Source of the DNA: Lingula anatina
Lineage: Eukaryota > Animalia > Brachiopoda
DNA: 64,000 nucleotides
Direction of reading: 5' to 3'
NCBI GenBank assembly: GCA_051362555.1
Contig: CM120644.1
Coordinates: 19,924,534 to 19,988,533 of the forward strand
The notes below the pieces were generated by a model, which worked only from the letters and a program-made list of their open reading frames with translations, did no database searches and was not told the DNA's origin. Positions within the stretch are counted from its first letter, which is position 1, and each line of letters begins with the position of its first letter. Of this stretch, positions 51,330-64,000 are shown piece after piece. The position numbers and the translations under genes were made by a program.

Positions 51330-51900
51330 TCTTCACATACTCCAGCACTTTCTCTGTATCTACTGATATTACTGCAACGAAACCATGCTTAGAATTGTTG
51401 CGGCTCTGCCATGAGCTATCTATCGTGATGGCACAGTCCACAACCTTCCCCAAATCGACGTCCACGCCATGCAGAAGCTGTTTTACTTGTAGCACCACCT
51501 TATCCATGCTCTCCTGGGTAGTCTGGCAAGCAATGTCTCCTAACTGTTTGGTATGGTCCAGCCAGGGATGGCTATGAAGAGGGAGAGGCATGGATAAAAA
51601 TGCACTCAGTCTTTTCGGAGCATGACAATCTTTTCCAACCACATGCATGCTCAAAACGTTAGCTATTTCTATTTTTAAAAATATCCAGTTCTTCTAGAGG
51701 TCAATGTCCACCCTTCCTCAGACACACTGCCGCAGAACACACATGCCCATTTCAATTCACTTGACCATCCCGCTTGGCACCATGTTGATTTCTCTGTCAG
51801 CCGTACCTCATTCCCAAGCTCAGGTGGCACTGACGCTTTGTTGTATCCAGCACAAAAACAAACCAGACTTCTTCATGACAAAAACTGGTGGTTGACTGGA
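51330..51900 (-). pseudogene. Second Mutator-like transposase fragment
   Basis: LSAFLSMPLP...VVDCAITIDSSWQSRNNSKHGFVAVISVDTEKVLEY, paralogous to the 36.6-36.8 kb fragment. Confidence 0.75.
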
Positions 51901-52954
51901 CTGTTTTATTTTTTCCAGCACCTTTCTGTATGACATGGTGGCTTCTAGACAGCAGCTGGCTACATGGACATGGCTTTTAATAATAAGGAACAGACAGTTA
52001 AAGACCGGCCAGAACATCCCTAGCCTTCATATCTCATCCACATATGCAACACATGGGATGTGGCAAGTTTTAGGCCAAGTGAGATTTACACAGCCAGAGA
52101 AGGGCAGGTAATATGGTAAGCAGTGTTATTACAGTATTATTGCAGTAATGTATCAAACAAATTTGTGAGGAACCATGTTCTAAAGTGATATTTTGCTCTT
52201 GAATATCTTAAGAATTCTCCACATGTAATTTCCCTTAGCAAAATGAAAAGTGTGCAGCACATGTGCAGCACACTCTAGAGTGTGCAGTAGACAGCTTTGG
52301 GGAGTGTGCAGAAGTGTGCAATAAAAATTCTTTCTTGTTGCACACCTACTGCACACTTCCATAAGTACAGATAGTGTGCAGAAAGTATGCAAGAGACTTG
52401 GTATTTCAATAGAAGCATGCGGAGAGTGTGCGAAAATCTTAATTTTAGAATAAAAATCTTATCATTTGATTTTTTTAATATGTACCAATACATAATACAT
52501 GTATATGCAATGCCATTGACAATTATACAAACAAAATACTTCAGTACACATTTTACTTTATATCTATCAATTAGAAATAATCAATGCTTATATAAAATTG
52601 TAATTATTATCATATATAAGTGGCAAGTACACTATGATGAATAATACACTATTGTGAGCTATAGTGGGTATTTATGTCGCAGGCCAGAGAGAAATCCAGC
52701 CAAATTAGTCCAACAAACAAATCAATAACATTGTGTAAAGCTAGTTATAAATTGTTTTGTTCTAACAAACTATGGTGTTTACCTCGATCACTCAAAGTAT
52801 GAGAATAAGTGGCCCTATTAATGTCATTTATTATTTCAGCCCCAGCCAGCAGGTATCCTAGGTTGGAACATCTCTCTGGCCCATCTCCTGGGAGTATTTT
52901 TGTTGTATTTTTGTGTAAGATATGATATAGTATTTGTATATTGTAATTTCACAG

Positions 52955-53839
52955 GAGTTTGGCCTACTTCAAGGAGGTCCATGTCCAACATGGCTTGATT
53001 GTCTTCTAAAAAGAGGAGGAAATTACATATGGAGAATTCTTAAGATATTCAAGAGAGGCTACAGGTAATAATTAAATAGTTTTTTTTATTTTAAATTGAC
53101 AAAAACTTTGTTTTGATATTTTGAATTTAAATCTTTTGTTTCAAATTGTCAGTAAATAATTGAATTGAGTTGTTTCTGTAGAACACAAACAGTGTAGGTT
53201 GCTCTCTAAGGGCCCATTCCCAATGAAACTACCATTCTACAGAGATAGATCCAACTCCACGGGGACTCCAGCTGAATGCAATCAGGTTAACATGCCTCGT
53301 GGCATTGAGTAAAATATATATAAAAAAAAGCTGGTGATTATACAAGTTTGGAAACAAGAGGTGGTGTTTTAATATGATTGCATTCAGCCAGAGTCCCTGC
53401 AGAGTTGGATCAATCTGACTACATAGATTGATAGTTCCATTGGGAATGTGCCCTTAATCAAAATAGTGGGTATGTCTACATTTAAGTTTGGGTTTGATTT
53501 TGGAAAAATTATGACTGCTGCTGCTTCTTTAGTGTAGAAATTTTCTGTTGAGGTTTTGACTTTGGCAAGTGCTTTTTATTTTGGGAACAAACTATGAATG
53601 AATTGTGTTAATGTTATGCTTGCAAGTATTCTAATGGGGCACTACACTATTTCCCTTTCAGCTGGCAGAAGAAAAGGATTATAGTTATCAAATATTATGA
53701 CCTTCATCACTGGACTGATGGACATGCAGTTTCTGGGATTTCAGCGCCAACCAAAAGTCACATTCTCTTTTGCTATGGACTCTTTTTTGCATACCCACAG
53801 AAATTACTGCATTGAACTTACAATTGCCCTTGCTATGAG
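52955..53839 (+). pseudogene. HECT-domain (G2E3-like) exon relics
   Basis: Splice-flanked segments encode LLQGGPCPTWL and LSNIMTFITGL...LGFQRQPKVTF.../IPTEITALNLQLP. This fits the HECT C-lobe pattern F.TG...GF...p.i.F...P.a.TC...L.LP, with the catalytic Cys lost. Confidence 0.55.
53210..53453. mobile_element. Harbinger-like MITE
   Basis: GGGCCCATTCCCAATGAAACTA...TAGTTCCATTGGGAATGTGCCC with long imperfect arms; flanks TAA/TTA. Confidence 0.75.
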
Positions 53840-54012
53840 GTGAGAAACATCACCAAAACAACTATTTGATTTGTGGGACTTTTCTATCATTACACATTTT
53901 GGACTATGTTACAGAAATGCCATACACTGAGTGTATTGTTACTGCTGTTTCTCTGTTGGAATTGGATTGAGATAATTGTCGTGTTTTAATTCACTGAGAG
54001 GAACCTTTATTT

Positions 54013-54048
<36 letters not shown>

Positions 54049-54452
54049 GTTGGGTATTGAGAACTTTCAAATGGCTGTTCAGTGCAAAGGAAACGGTGAA
54101 GTTTTGGGAAGGGCACTAGGTTTATATACACTGTGCTTGGTGTCAGTATACATTTGAAAAGTTGATATTTTTTAATTTGATTTTTACTGAAATATGCCTG
54201 ATTATGGCAGTGGGAGCCAGTGTGGATGACTACACCTAAAGTGCCCAGTGCATGCTGGGAGCTTATCAGATGTGCATGCAAAGACAACTGTACAGAATGT
54301 CAATGTTGAACTGGATCAAGGTCCATGTTCTCCTCTTAGTAGATGAAATTACCAAATAATAATGATAACAATTGTTATTAATGATAATCATTTGCATTGA
54401 AATCAGTATGAATCTAGCTTATCATACAAATTGTAGGATGACAAATACAGTT

Positions 54453-55415
54453 CCCAGCAGGCATAGTTGTGTTGGATCAACGTTGAAAACAGGTTGATAT
54501 GTTGAATTGCCGTTGATCTACCTAAATTCAAAGTTAAATCAACGTTGATCCAACCACGTTGACTCAACATTGTATTTTGGTCAATGACACAACCTTGCAG
54601 TTATGGATTGTAATTTAAAATATAAATTATTGAAAACGTGATACTTTGTTTATCAATACTGTAACTCATCATTTCATCATCATCATCATTTAGAGCCTAT
54701 AGTGTTCCACTGTTGGACAAAGGCCTCAGCATGCTTTTTCCATTGTTTCCTATTCTGAGCCTCAGATTTCCAGTTTGGCCAAGGTTTCTTCTTCCAAGAC
54801 TTCCAGTAGTCATCTAATTCATCCCTCCATCGTTTGACCGGCCTTCCTCTTTTTCTTTGTCCATACCTTGGGGTCCATTCTGTAAGCCTGATTGTCCACC
54901 TATTGTCCTTCATTCTTTATCAAAATAATAACAAAATGGGTTTAAATTTAAAGTGACAGTTGTTTTGTGTCTTTAGTTAACTAGTGAATTTTCTTAACTT
55001 GTTATTCAGAAATACATTCCAATAAACTGAATTGCTTGCAAGGTCAGCTAACACTAGGATGAATAAGTTGCTGTAAATATGATGGAGTTCACAGGTCTTG
55101 GTAACCTGTTATAGATAGACAGGTTGAGGTGACTGTGATCTTGTTATATATATAATTCTAAACCTTGGAAATTTTAACTTAAAGGCCATACATTTATACC
55201 CTACATATATTTAGCCATCAAACATGTCCTACTGCTAAACACATCCAGGCAAATTTCCCGCTGGGTGGGGTTGATATAACATTGTTTTCTGACGTTGATA
55301 CAACGTTGTTATCTGAGGTTGACACAACTTTCAAATCCAACGTTTCTTCAATGTCTTTTCAACGTTATGGTTCAACGTTGTTTCAATGTTAAAACAACAT
55401 AATTTGCCCGCTGGG
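54453..55415. mobile_element. Non-autonomous CMC/EnSpm-like element
   Basis: Ends CCCAGCAGGCA...TGCCCGCTGGG; TT flanks on both sides; subterminal CAACGTTG repeats. Confidence 0.65.
54667..54916 (-). mobile_element. 3' fragment of an RTE-clade LINE
   Basis: DNRWTIRLTEWTPRYGQRKRGRPVKRWRD...AEAFVQQW followed by a (GAT)n tail. Confidence 0.85.
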
Positions 55416-57512
55416 TTGTGTCTTGTTATGTTAACAGTTCTTCTAAATTTAGTTAAAAGGGAGTAAGTAAGTGCTAGATTTTGTGTTCAAAGATCAAAGT
55501 TTGTATGTGATATTAAACTATTTATTTTATAAACAAAATAAATATTGTTTATATTTCAGTAATGCGTTTTTCCTTGTTATTAAAGAAACTCACTCATATG
55601 TAAAATAAATGTTTGCTTTTAGAAAAAAAATGGATAAAATGGTAGTATTTATTTATTTGACAAATAAAATGTTATGGCAAATTTGCATTTATAGCATCTG
55701 ATTTAAGGTTACCTCTAAGTTCTGTTTAAGCGCATAAGTCGGCTTCCCAAATCTTATTATAGTAGCCAGTCTTTTTTCATTTTACCCTTTTTTATGTTCA
55801 GTAAACCATTAAAGAAATGTATAAATGCCTCAAATGGATAGTTCAAAAGCAACATATTCTTTCCTGGGGGGGGGGGGGGGGGGGGATTATCCTGAGGAGT
55901 GTCCTAGAATCGTCCGACACACCAGTCGCTGTAAACCGCCAAACCATATTTTGTTTTACTTTAATTTAACTGAGTGGCTTTGTTTGGTCAAAAATAAGGT
56001 TCATTTCTAAATCGAATTCTTTTGTAAATATTTTTCCAATGTTGTTTATTCGGCCACGTAAAACCACCACCCTGGTCCAATAAATGGACGTTTATCCAAG
56101 AAAGTGTGGAATTATAGAATTATATCAACGATCGATGTTGTTGCGATTGTAGGGTAATTCCCCCCTACTTGGACCCATATTATAGAGCTATAATTTTTAG
56201 AATGTAGATATTTCGTCCCTGACAGTCTATGAATTATAAGTTGCGCGTCTGCATCCAAAGATATTCAACAGATTTAAAGAAATTAATGGAAGATACTGTA
56301 TTGACTCCCGCCTATTCAATTGGCAAAAATTATCAACCTTTCAAATACATAATTGTATTTCCTTGACGCATTTCTGGTGCTTTTTACTGCGTACCATTCA
56401 AATAGAATGTAGTCTGCTTTTCAGTTTTGTTGTTACCATGCACTCAACGTCCTCAACGGGAACATTCTGATTTTAAGAAATCATGACAAAAATACAGTGT
56501 CCGTAACATTCACAATTTTTCCTCATTGGAAAGATCAAGTTATTACCGCAATTCATCAAAGATTGTTTCAATAATCCATAGCACTGTGAAATTCATGAAA
56601 CCTAGGGTTCGTGTACATGCATACAGAAAATGTAGTCCACTTACTAATGTGTCATCTACAGGGATATTGTCCCACATTTCTGTGTGGTTAAGATTAGAAT
56701 ATATGAAATGGCAGATATGATGAATTTTCACCTGACAAGTAAAACTATAATACTGTCTCCACGGGTGGGCTGCATGAGTAGCAAAACTCGCCAGTTAGGG
56801 CAGCGTGGCTGTAACAGCTCTACTTAATTCCACTGGACGTTCACTACCCCGGCTCAACCGGTACTTTGTGTTGGTCGTACGGGTCAATGTCATCGCCTTG
56901 TAAAAATCAAATATTTTCCGCCAAATATTGCGAGGAAAGCGATGAAACGGCTGAAACGGCTGAAACGGCATGTTTTAATCTTAAAGGGATAACTCTTCAT
57001 ATGAAATTCATTTTTCATAATAAATACATTGTAAACAACCCATTAAAATATAATAAATTCCATTTTCCCACCTAAACAGTGGTTAGCGCAATTATTCTGG
57101 ATTTTGTGCTTGTCATCAGACCAAGTGGGCCTTCATAGATGGCTATATCTCAGTAATAATCTCTTAAGAGAACATTACAAAAAATCGCATTTTTTTTAAC
57201 CTTATAGGCTAACTTTGCTCACGGTCAAAGTTTTGCTTCTACCTGCCCAAGAAGCACAGAGTCCCAGCAAAAGTTTATGTAATACTGACAGTGACATAAC
57301 TTCGTTACCGCTGTTATTTTCACAAAGATATCCACGGACACGGCACTCCACTGGCCGCAAGCTGACGATCCGAGTTTTTATATCTTTACAGTTATGACTG
57401 CTTTCTTTATTTTAATAACTGCTCTTTATAAAAAAAAAAAAAGATATATTAAAAAAGAGATAAGAATGAGCCAGTTTGTTCAATAAATTGCGTGTTTCTA
57501 CTATAACCTAAC

Positions 57513-57721
57513 TAACAGACTAACAGCGACCCCTGTGGCCAACGTTGTAATAAGGGTACAAGTGGGCGTTTGAGTACCTGTTGCAAAAAAAGTTGTCCAC
57601 TGTATATGCGGCATACAAGAGTATAATTATCTTATGTGATTAGTTGAGCCTACATAATTACCTACGGTTAGGGTGGGTCCAAGCCCCTCTCTGACCACAG
57701 GGTGCGCTAGTAGTCTGTTAC
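57513..57721. mobile_element. Small MITE-like inverted repeat
   Basis: TAACAGACTAACAGCGACCCCTGTGG versus CCACAGGGTGCGCTAGTAGTCTGTTA. Confidence 0.5.
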
Positions 57722-58092
57722 AGCCAGTACTTTAATTTTGTATGCTATTTTAGTCTATAAGGTGTCCCAATATCGTTTCAAACTATTTCAGTTTTCGCGA
57801 GTGTTTATAGATTTTGATAAAAAGATGATAAATTAAGACATATTCAAGGCTGTTAATCACACTAAATGTGCCAAATATCCGTAAGTCGTCAGTAAGAAGC
57901 AAAACTATTTGTCCTCTCGGAACAGTTTGCACTTTCCAACCAATAGGAAGGCTTATATAGCAGTTTTTATATTGCCGGTAATAATGCTAATTTGTACTTT
58001 GCGATTTTGACGGGTCTGGCTTGATTTCTGAGTTGTACTCACTCACGTTTTCCTATGACGTCACAAGAAGTAGTGATATCAGAGTCCTAGCT

Positions 58093-58320
58093 AGGGTGCA
58101 TTCCCAGAGATTTAGCTCGATCCAAAGATTAAGATTTAGATCGACCTAACTCCCTGGTGTTTCACGCTAAATTGCAGTCAGCCGAGCGCGCACCATAGTT
58201 AATTACCCCCTTACAGCTTTTAGTAGGCGGGACAGACGCTTAAGCCGGCTAAGCTGACAGTAATCTAGTGAGACTCTCCACAGGGGTAGATCGATCTAAA
58301 ATCTATGGGAATGGGGTCCT
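58093..58320. mobile_element. Harbinger-like MITE upstream of the peptide gene
   Basis: AGGGTGCATTCCCAGAGATTT...AAATCTATGGGAATGGGGTCCT, flanked by CTAG; related to the element at 29581-29841. Confidence 0.55.
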
Positions 58321-58731
58321 AGTTATAGCTATAGCTATTGCATGGGAGTACAATTATTCTATTGTTCCGTCGAGGGATAGATACCTATAAAAGAAAAGTG
58401 TGGAAGACAAATTTATCAGGAGCTCAATCTGGACGAATTCGCCGCCAGTTCAACAGCTCTGCTATACAAATACAGCTTCCATTTGGGTCAAAAGGTTTGA
58501 GATTTCTGGAAAATGTAGTGCAGCATCTTTGCCTCGATTGTCTAGATTAATAACTGTCAAGTATTTTCAAAAATCACTACATTATGTTGCTTTTATAAAG
58601 ATGATTTGTCACTGCCTTTGTCACTGTTTTCAGACTCAATCGCTTCAGTAATATCTATGTGTATAATTGAAGATGTTACTTTGATTTGAGATTATTCTTT
58701 CTTTATTCAGAGCCATAAAGTTTGAAAAACA

Positions 58732-59509
58732 ATGAAAATTTCACTAGTTGCCGCTGCATTGTTACTGGTGGCACATTTGGTGGAAGCCACCAGTGAGAGA
58801 TCAGGGAACGAAGTTTATTCTGCCCAGAAACGGTCTTCACTCACGAAAGGTCTTGCTCGCAGAAGAGCATGCGGCTCCATTAACTGCAAGTATGTAAATC
58901 TGTACTTTGGTGTTAACTATTGTAGAGCCAATTTAGAATAAAATATCCTGATTGAAGAATATTCTTCACATTTGTCGGGTGCTTATTATTATTATTTTCT
59001 GTTTGCTTTTAGAAAAATTTACAACACACAGTCCAATAAATTTTCTAAATATTGTAACTGCACTTATTTTGTGCCCTTCTCTGCAAGGAAGATTCCAGAA
59101 GAAATGATAAATAGAAACATTTTTATACACGTTGGGCCTGTATATAACAAATTAATGAATAAAAATAAAGACACACCAGTAAATGAATGAATTATTTCCA
59201 GATTACTACATGGGAACTGGGGACGCAATAGCCGTCTTTGTAATAGTGCCCAGTTTATCAGATCAAAATTAACTGTTTAATGCATTTTCTACTTTCAGGG
59301 TGTCGGGCTGTGAGTCCAGGGGTGGCTGGTGGTTTGTGTCGAATTCCGCCGGCTGGAACATCCGGGGCTCTGACCGCGGTTGCTGTGGCAACTACGGTGG
59401 CTGTTGCAAGCATGCTTCAGACTTGTGCTACATACACGACTACACGTGTCGCTGTTGTATACCTAGATTGTATTGTGGACCCCAGTGCAAGAAAAATTCG
59501 GGCTGTTGA
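58732..59509 (+). CDS. Secreted cysteine-rich prepropeptide, 122 aa (exons 58732-58889 and 59299-59509)
   Basis: Signal peptide MKISLVAAALLLVAHLVEA and a propeptide ending in RRR. A phase-2 GT-AG intron joins AA|G in frame. Mature region ACGSINCKVSGCESRGGWWFVSNSAGWNIRGSDRGCCGNYGGCCKHASDLCYIHDYTCRCCIPRLYCGPQCKKNSGC has 14 Cys. There is also an upstream splice acceptor at 58710. Confidence 0.88.
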
Positions 59510-59813
59510 CACCTTGTCCTAAATATCATTACTTGAAACAAACTTGCATTTACCAGGCTACGCCCGGTTTGCCCTTTCTAAAGGACCCTAGACTTTGCTG
59601 ACATTGGAAATAGTTCCTATACAGATTGTAGTAGATTTTTCATTTTAGTGTAAACTTTGTAATATTCACCTTTGGCACGAGCTCCTGAAAATGAAATGAC
59701 TACATGAATGTTCAAGATCGTCACCACGATTGGCGTTTGTAAAAGAACACTATATTAGACCATTAACCGTTTCAGCGGCCAAAATGGTCATCATATATGC
59801 ATAACAGAAATCA

Positions 59814-59819
59814 AATAAA
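59814..59819 (+). promoter_or_regulatory. Likely polyadenylation signal of the peptide gene
   Basis: First AATAAA ~305 nt after the stop codon, with T/GT-rich sequence downstream. Confidence 0.55.
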
Positions 59820-62800
59820 ACGATGTTTGCCAATAGATAATGCTTCATGCATTGTGTCTTCTGATATCTGCAAGAACCCGTGTATGATATCATTGCTCCC
59901 TACACTTTGCAAGATTTGAACTCGAACACCAAATTATGAAGGAAACTCCTGCGCTATACAAGCAAATGTGTAAAGTCACAAAATATCCTTGGACGCAGTC
60001 AAATTGATCTCAACTCTGAGACGTACAATGTATTTTGACCGAAAATAAGTGAATCTGCAGTATTTCTCAGTTCATAATGGCAAACATGATGATAAATTAT
60101 CTTTTTAACGTCTGAAATCCATAAAATGACCACTTGACTTAAATAAAAACATATAAACTTAATAAAAGTTTATAAATAAGGATTGTTAAGATATGTATTT
60201 ACGAAAACGCCTAATTCGGAAGAAAAAGTGCAATTTGCGTCAAGGTAAATACTAGTACGTCCGTCTAAATGGATGTGTTGGCTGGGTTTTATATATAATA
60301 AAAAAAGTATGGGAACCGTTTACCCGAGGAAAATCAATTTTTTTTTGGCCAAAATGAACAGTTGTTATCTTTTTCATAGAGTTCAAAACTTTGCACCCCA
60401 CTACTCAGTGCCTTCATCTGTGATACTTACACTCTGTGTTTGGGGTGGGGTATTTTCCTGTCCCCTTTGTTAACACAAAGACACGGTACAGGGGCATTCG
60501 TGTATATTTAAAATTTCATATCACAACTGTTGTGGACAAAAAACAGACAACTTTTAATGTTTATGCCTTTATGATTTCAGCAAACCCGAATCACCTTCCA
60601 GAGATGGGGGAGGGGGGCATGTTTGCGCCGTATCTTTCAACAAAGACTAGTTGAAATCGAGGCTTCAGTACGGAAGGTGGACAACTGTATATAATCGTTT
60701 GCATCAGGTGAGCATTTTGGTGAGAGGTGTTCAGATTGGACCGAGGTCAGTAGAAGATGGAGAAGAAAGCAGCCTTGTGTTTCATTACTACAAATTCTAC
60801 GAAATGGTCGGAAATCTGGGACTGAAATTGGCATCGATCTGTTGTAAATACTGTGCATGTATAGATGATGGAAGATAACATTTGTGAATGATATTTGCGA
60901 AAAATGGGGCATTTTGGACATAAAACATCATGTCGACATTTTGTCTTGACGTCAACAATATTTTCCCTTAAAAGTCCAAATTCAACTTGACGTTTAAATA
61001 GTTAATTTTCTGTTAATTTTTTTCAGATGGAATGCATTTGCTAGTAAATAGATGGTGAGAGGTTTGCTCAAGCAGTGAACGCGTCTTCCGTTTCCAACAA
61101 TGTCAGGACATTTCGGCAGGTAACTGCATTAGCTTAATTTGTTTTTTAAAAAATTCAAAATCCACCTCAGCAAATCCCTACCCGCCAATGTGCACATGTC
61201 GTGACTATGTTGTTCTACTTTCTAAGATCTCATAAATGTTGTTTTTACTACCCTCCTGTCATATGTTTATTTCTAAAATTTCACTTTATACGTAATGGAA
61301 GGGTCACTATCTTTTTAGTAGCACCACTGACGTGTGATTCTAAAGACACAGAATGTTGTCACGTTACTGTGTGTACACGGAGTAAAAGAATAGAAATTAT
61401 ATTGTTTGAAAGTGCATGTTTACATAAAACGTGTCAGCTCAGTAGGCCTATATGTATACAGTGTATTCGTCTAATTTTAAAGTTGAAAAGTGGTTTGTTG
61501 AATATTACTGTCGAAATCGGTTACCGTAAGATTAAAAATTGCTTAATTTAATCGCTCCATAGACATTGCTGACCCATTGCTTTGTAAAAGTGGGTTTATT
61601 GTTTAATTTCAGTGACTCAACCGTGCACGAGAAGATTGAATACGTTCTCCATCAAAGACGTCAGACTCGTGTTCCACAGCGGCTACATCTATGTCAAGAT
61701 AACATGTCGCATGTCAGAGTTCGTCTGCTAGTAAATTTGTAGAGTTGACACTTAATATGAAGTGCAATGTTTGCTTTTGGTTGTGAATCGGCTGTAGTTA
61801 TTTTCAAACTATTACAAAGTAGTGTTCAGGAAGAGTACTTTGCTACACGTACTTGTAGTAGTGGTTTATTTCTATGCAGGTGTTGCAACATAAACAACAA
61901 TGCACATGTAGGACGACGGTTTTCTTTTTGATGGTAACATATTTGTGAGGACAAATCTGCAATTTGGCAGTTCTCCGTGAACAATTATTTATTTAAAATT
62001 GAATTCTAGTATTTATTTTGGTGATGTTTAGTTTTGGAAAGAAAGAAAACATTCCAACCGTGTAAAATGCATTTTCGGAAGTCTTTGGAAGTTATTGTTA
62101 TATTGTTATATTGTCAAGTCGTCAAGTTATATTGTCAAGTGCGCGCCATATTTGATCCACGGACTAGATAGACGGTGGTTCAACTGGTTGTGAACTCGGT
62201 CTAATGCTTTAGAAAGCGTCTGGAAGTTGCAGTGAGTGTTCAGTTGTTCTTCGGAAGAAAAAAAGAGCGAGATGTGCATCCACCAAAAATCAATAATTCG
62301 CTGTTATTTGAATAATTATGCTTCAGAAATTGCAGCATTATCAAATTGGCAGAATGTGTCATTAGTATTGCAGAACTGTCCACACGTATTGAAACGATCT
62401 TTCTTAAGTTTGAATGTGCGATTGTGACGCATATAATGTAAACTTCGTGTTTCAATGAGGGGAGGGGTCAAAACTCGCCCTGGTTTTAGAAACGAAACCA
62501 AGGAGTTGAAAATTTCCCGAAATTAATGTGCATTTTTTATTGCAGTAGTGGTAGGTTACAAAGGAAAATCGTTGTATTACAGAAGATGTTTTATTTCGGA
62601 ATATTATCTTCATTAAAGGGCCCATATAGGACTGACATTCATCAGAAAATTTTACACACTGAATTTTCGACAAATTCTTGACAAAGTCAAATAAATCATT
62701 TTAGCTGCCTTTTTTTTAAATGAGTACTCGATGAAGGTTTTAAGATTGCCAATTTCTGAATGTGATACAATTTTTAAAAAGCCAAATTTACATTTTTCGT

Positions 62801-64000
62801 AAATTTACTTAAATTTTGGCTAGCAGTTTTTTAGCCAATTCTTTGAAAAACCATCGAATTATCGTACAAAATTACTTTTTAATTGTATTTTGCTTCTTTA
62901 AACAAAAAATGAATGATTGTAATTCACTCAGTATAAAAATATTATACAAAAGTGTGTAGATCAACGCTCTGTTAAAGGTTGGCCTTGTGCCTTGTATTTT
63001 TTTAGTTGACTTTTTGGTCGCAATCAAAGAGTGATTGAAGAATAACTCCTTATCGGATGTCAGTCTTGCATGTCCTGTCGAGTTATAATGCCGAGTGTCA
63101 CTTGATCACTGAACACCGGAGACCAATCTTAAGTTTATTAGCATTGTCTTAGTAAATGTGCATTTGAATAATCTTTTTTCCGTTCTTCTTTGCACATTAT
63201 TCTTTAAAATAGCTATGGTTGAAATAAGCTTGTAAGTTGGTCATGTCATTATTACGTTTCTGATTTGCATGCTGTACAGATTTCAGTTTTCGCTCAAAGT
63301 TGTGCCATGAAATGCATATTTAAGCAATTCGTATGAAAAAAAAACACGTCTGTTTTGGGCATGACAATATTTATCGATGAACTAAACAACCAGGAATCTT
63401 ACTAAATTTTATTATTTTATCTACTTTTTTTTTTTTTTTTTTTTTTTTTTGTGAACATCAGCAAGACGACATAGTGCTTGCATGTGGGTGCATGCGTCGG
63501 GATAGGATGAGGTTATATGCATATTGAATTTTCTATACCGTTCACACCAGTGAATTTAGACAAACATTTTTTGGTAATGTTTTGTTTTTTTTATTTATTG
63601 ATTTTGTTAATCTTGTTGGTATTATGTCTATAATAATATTCCTGAACTCCTTTATAAATAAAAATGCTACGCCGGCCAAGTAGAAATTTTCAAAATGCAT
63701 AGAATCTTGACACGTTTTAGTTAGATAGAGAACCATTTTTGTTTGTGTGTAAAAGCTTAATTCACATTTCATAGTACGTTTTATGAAATTGACATTAAGA
63801 AGAAAAAAGGTATTCCAAGTTTTATACTATTTTGTGAAAACAATGCTGTTACTTTTTGTATTCATTTGTGCAATAATAAATGTGCAATATTGTTTTATGA
63901 ACAAAATAGAAGTTATTTTTCTTAACTACAGAACCACCGACTCTTCTTCCTATCCTGTGTTCGTAGCACTGTTTTGTAGAAGTCGAAATTCTTTATTTGG

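Noticed and set aside
60000-64000. Short ORFs and exon-like segments (e.g. 61027-61119, 61612-61730)
   Set aside because: I could not build a coherent reading frame or recognisable domain, so the region is left unannotated.

Overview
AT-rich, repeat-dense animal (probably invertebrate) nuclear DNA with GT-AG introns; it is not prokaryotic. Two genes look intact: tRNA-Gly(GCC) at 24230-24300 (-) and a two-coding-exon gene for a 122-aa secreted, 14-Cys prepropeptide with a PLA2-like CxxHDxxC motif at 58732-59509 (+). The rest of the window is as follows. (i) A decayed minus-strand CBM20-domain gene with a duplicated 60/54/48-nt micro-exon cassette (0.3-7 kb). (ii) A 62-bp minisatellite split by a Gypsy 3' end. 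(iii) An 8.7-kb higher-order satellite whose unit carries a splice-flanked 198-nt exon relic, with an L2/CR1 LINE fragment inserted and an LRP-like NPxY tail relic downstream. (iv) A young but 3'-truncated Ngaro/DIRS tyrosine-recombinase retrotransposon (25.5-29.3 kb). Its sequence suggests gag-pol UGA readthrough and a spliced Gag-N-terminus/recombinase fusion; this is the best candidate for a novel mechanism. (v) Many TIR elements and MITEs with readable TSDs. (vi) A ~30-kb stretch (25-55 kb) of TE coding fragments almost all on the minus strand, resembling a uni-strand piRNA cluster. All family calls come from motif recognition by eye; no database searches were run.
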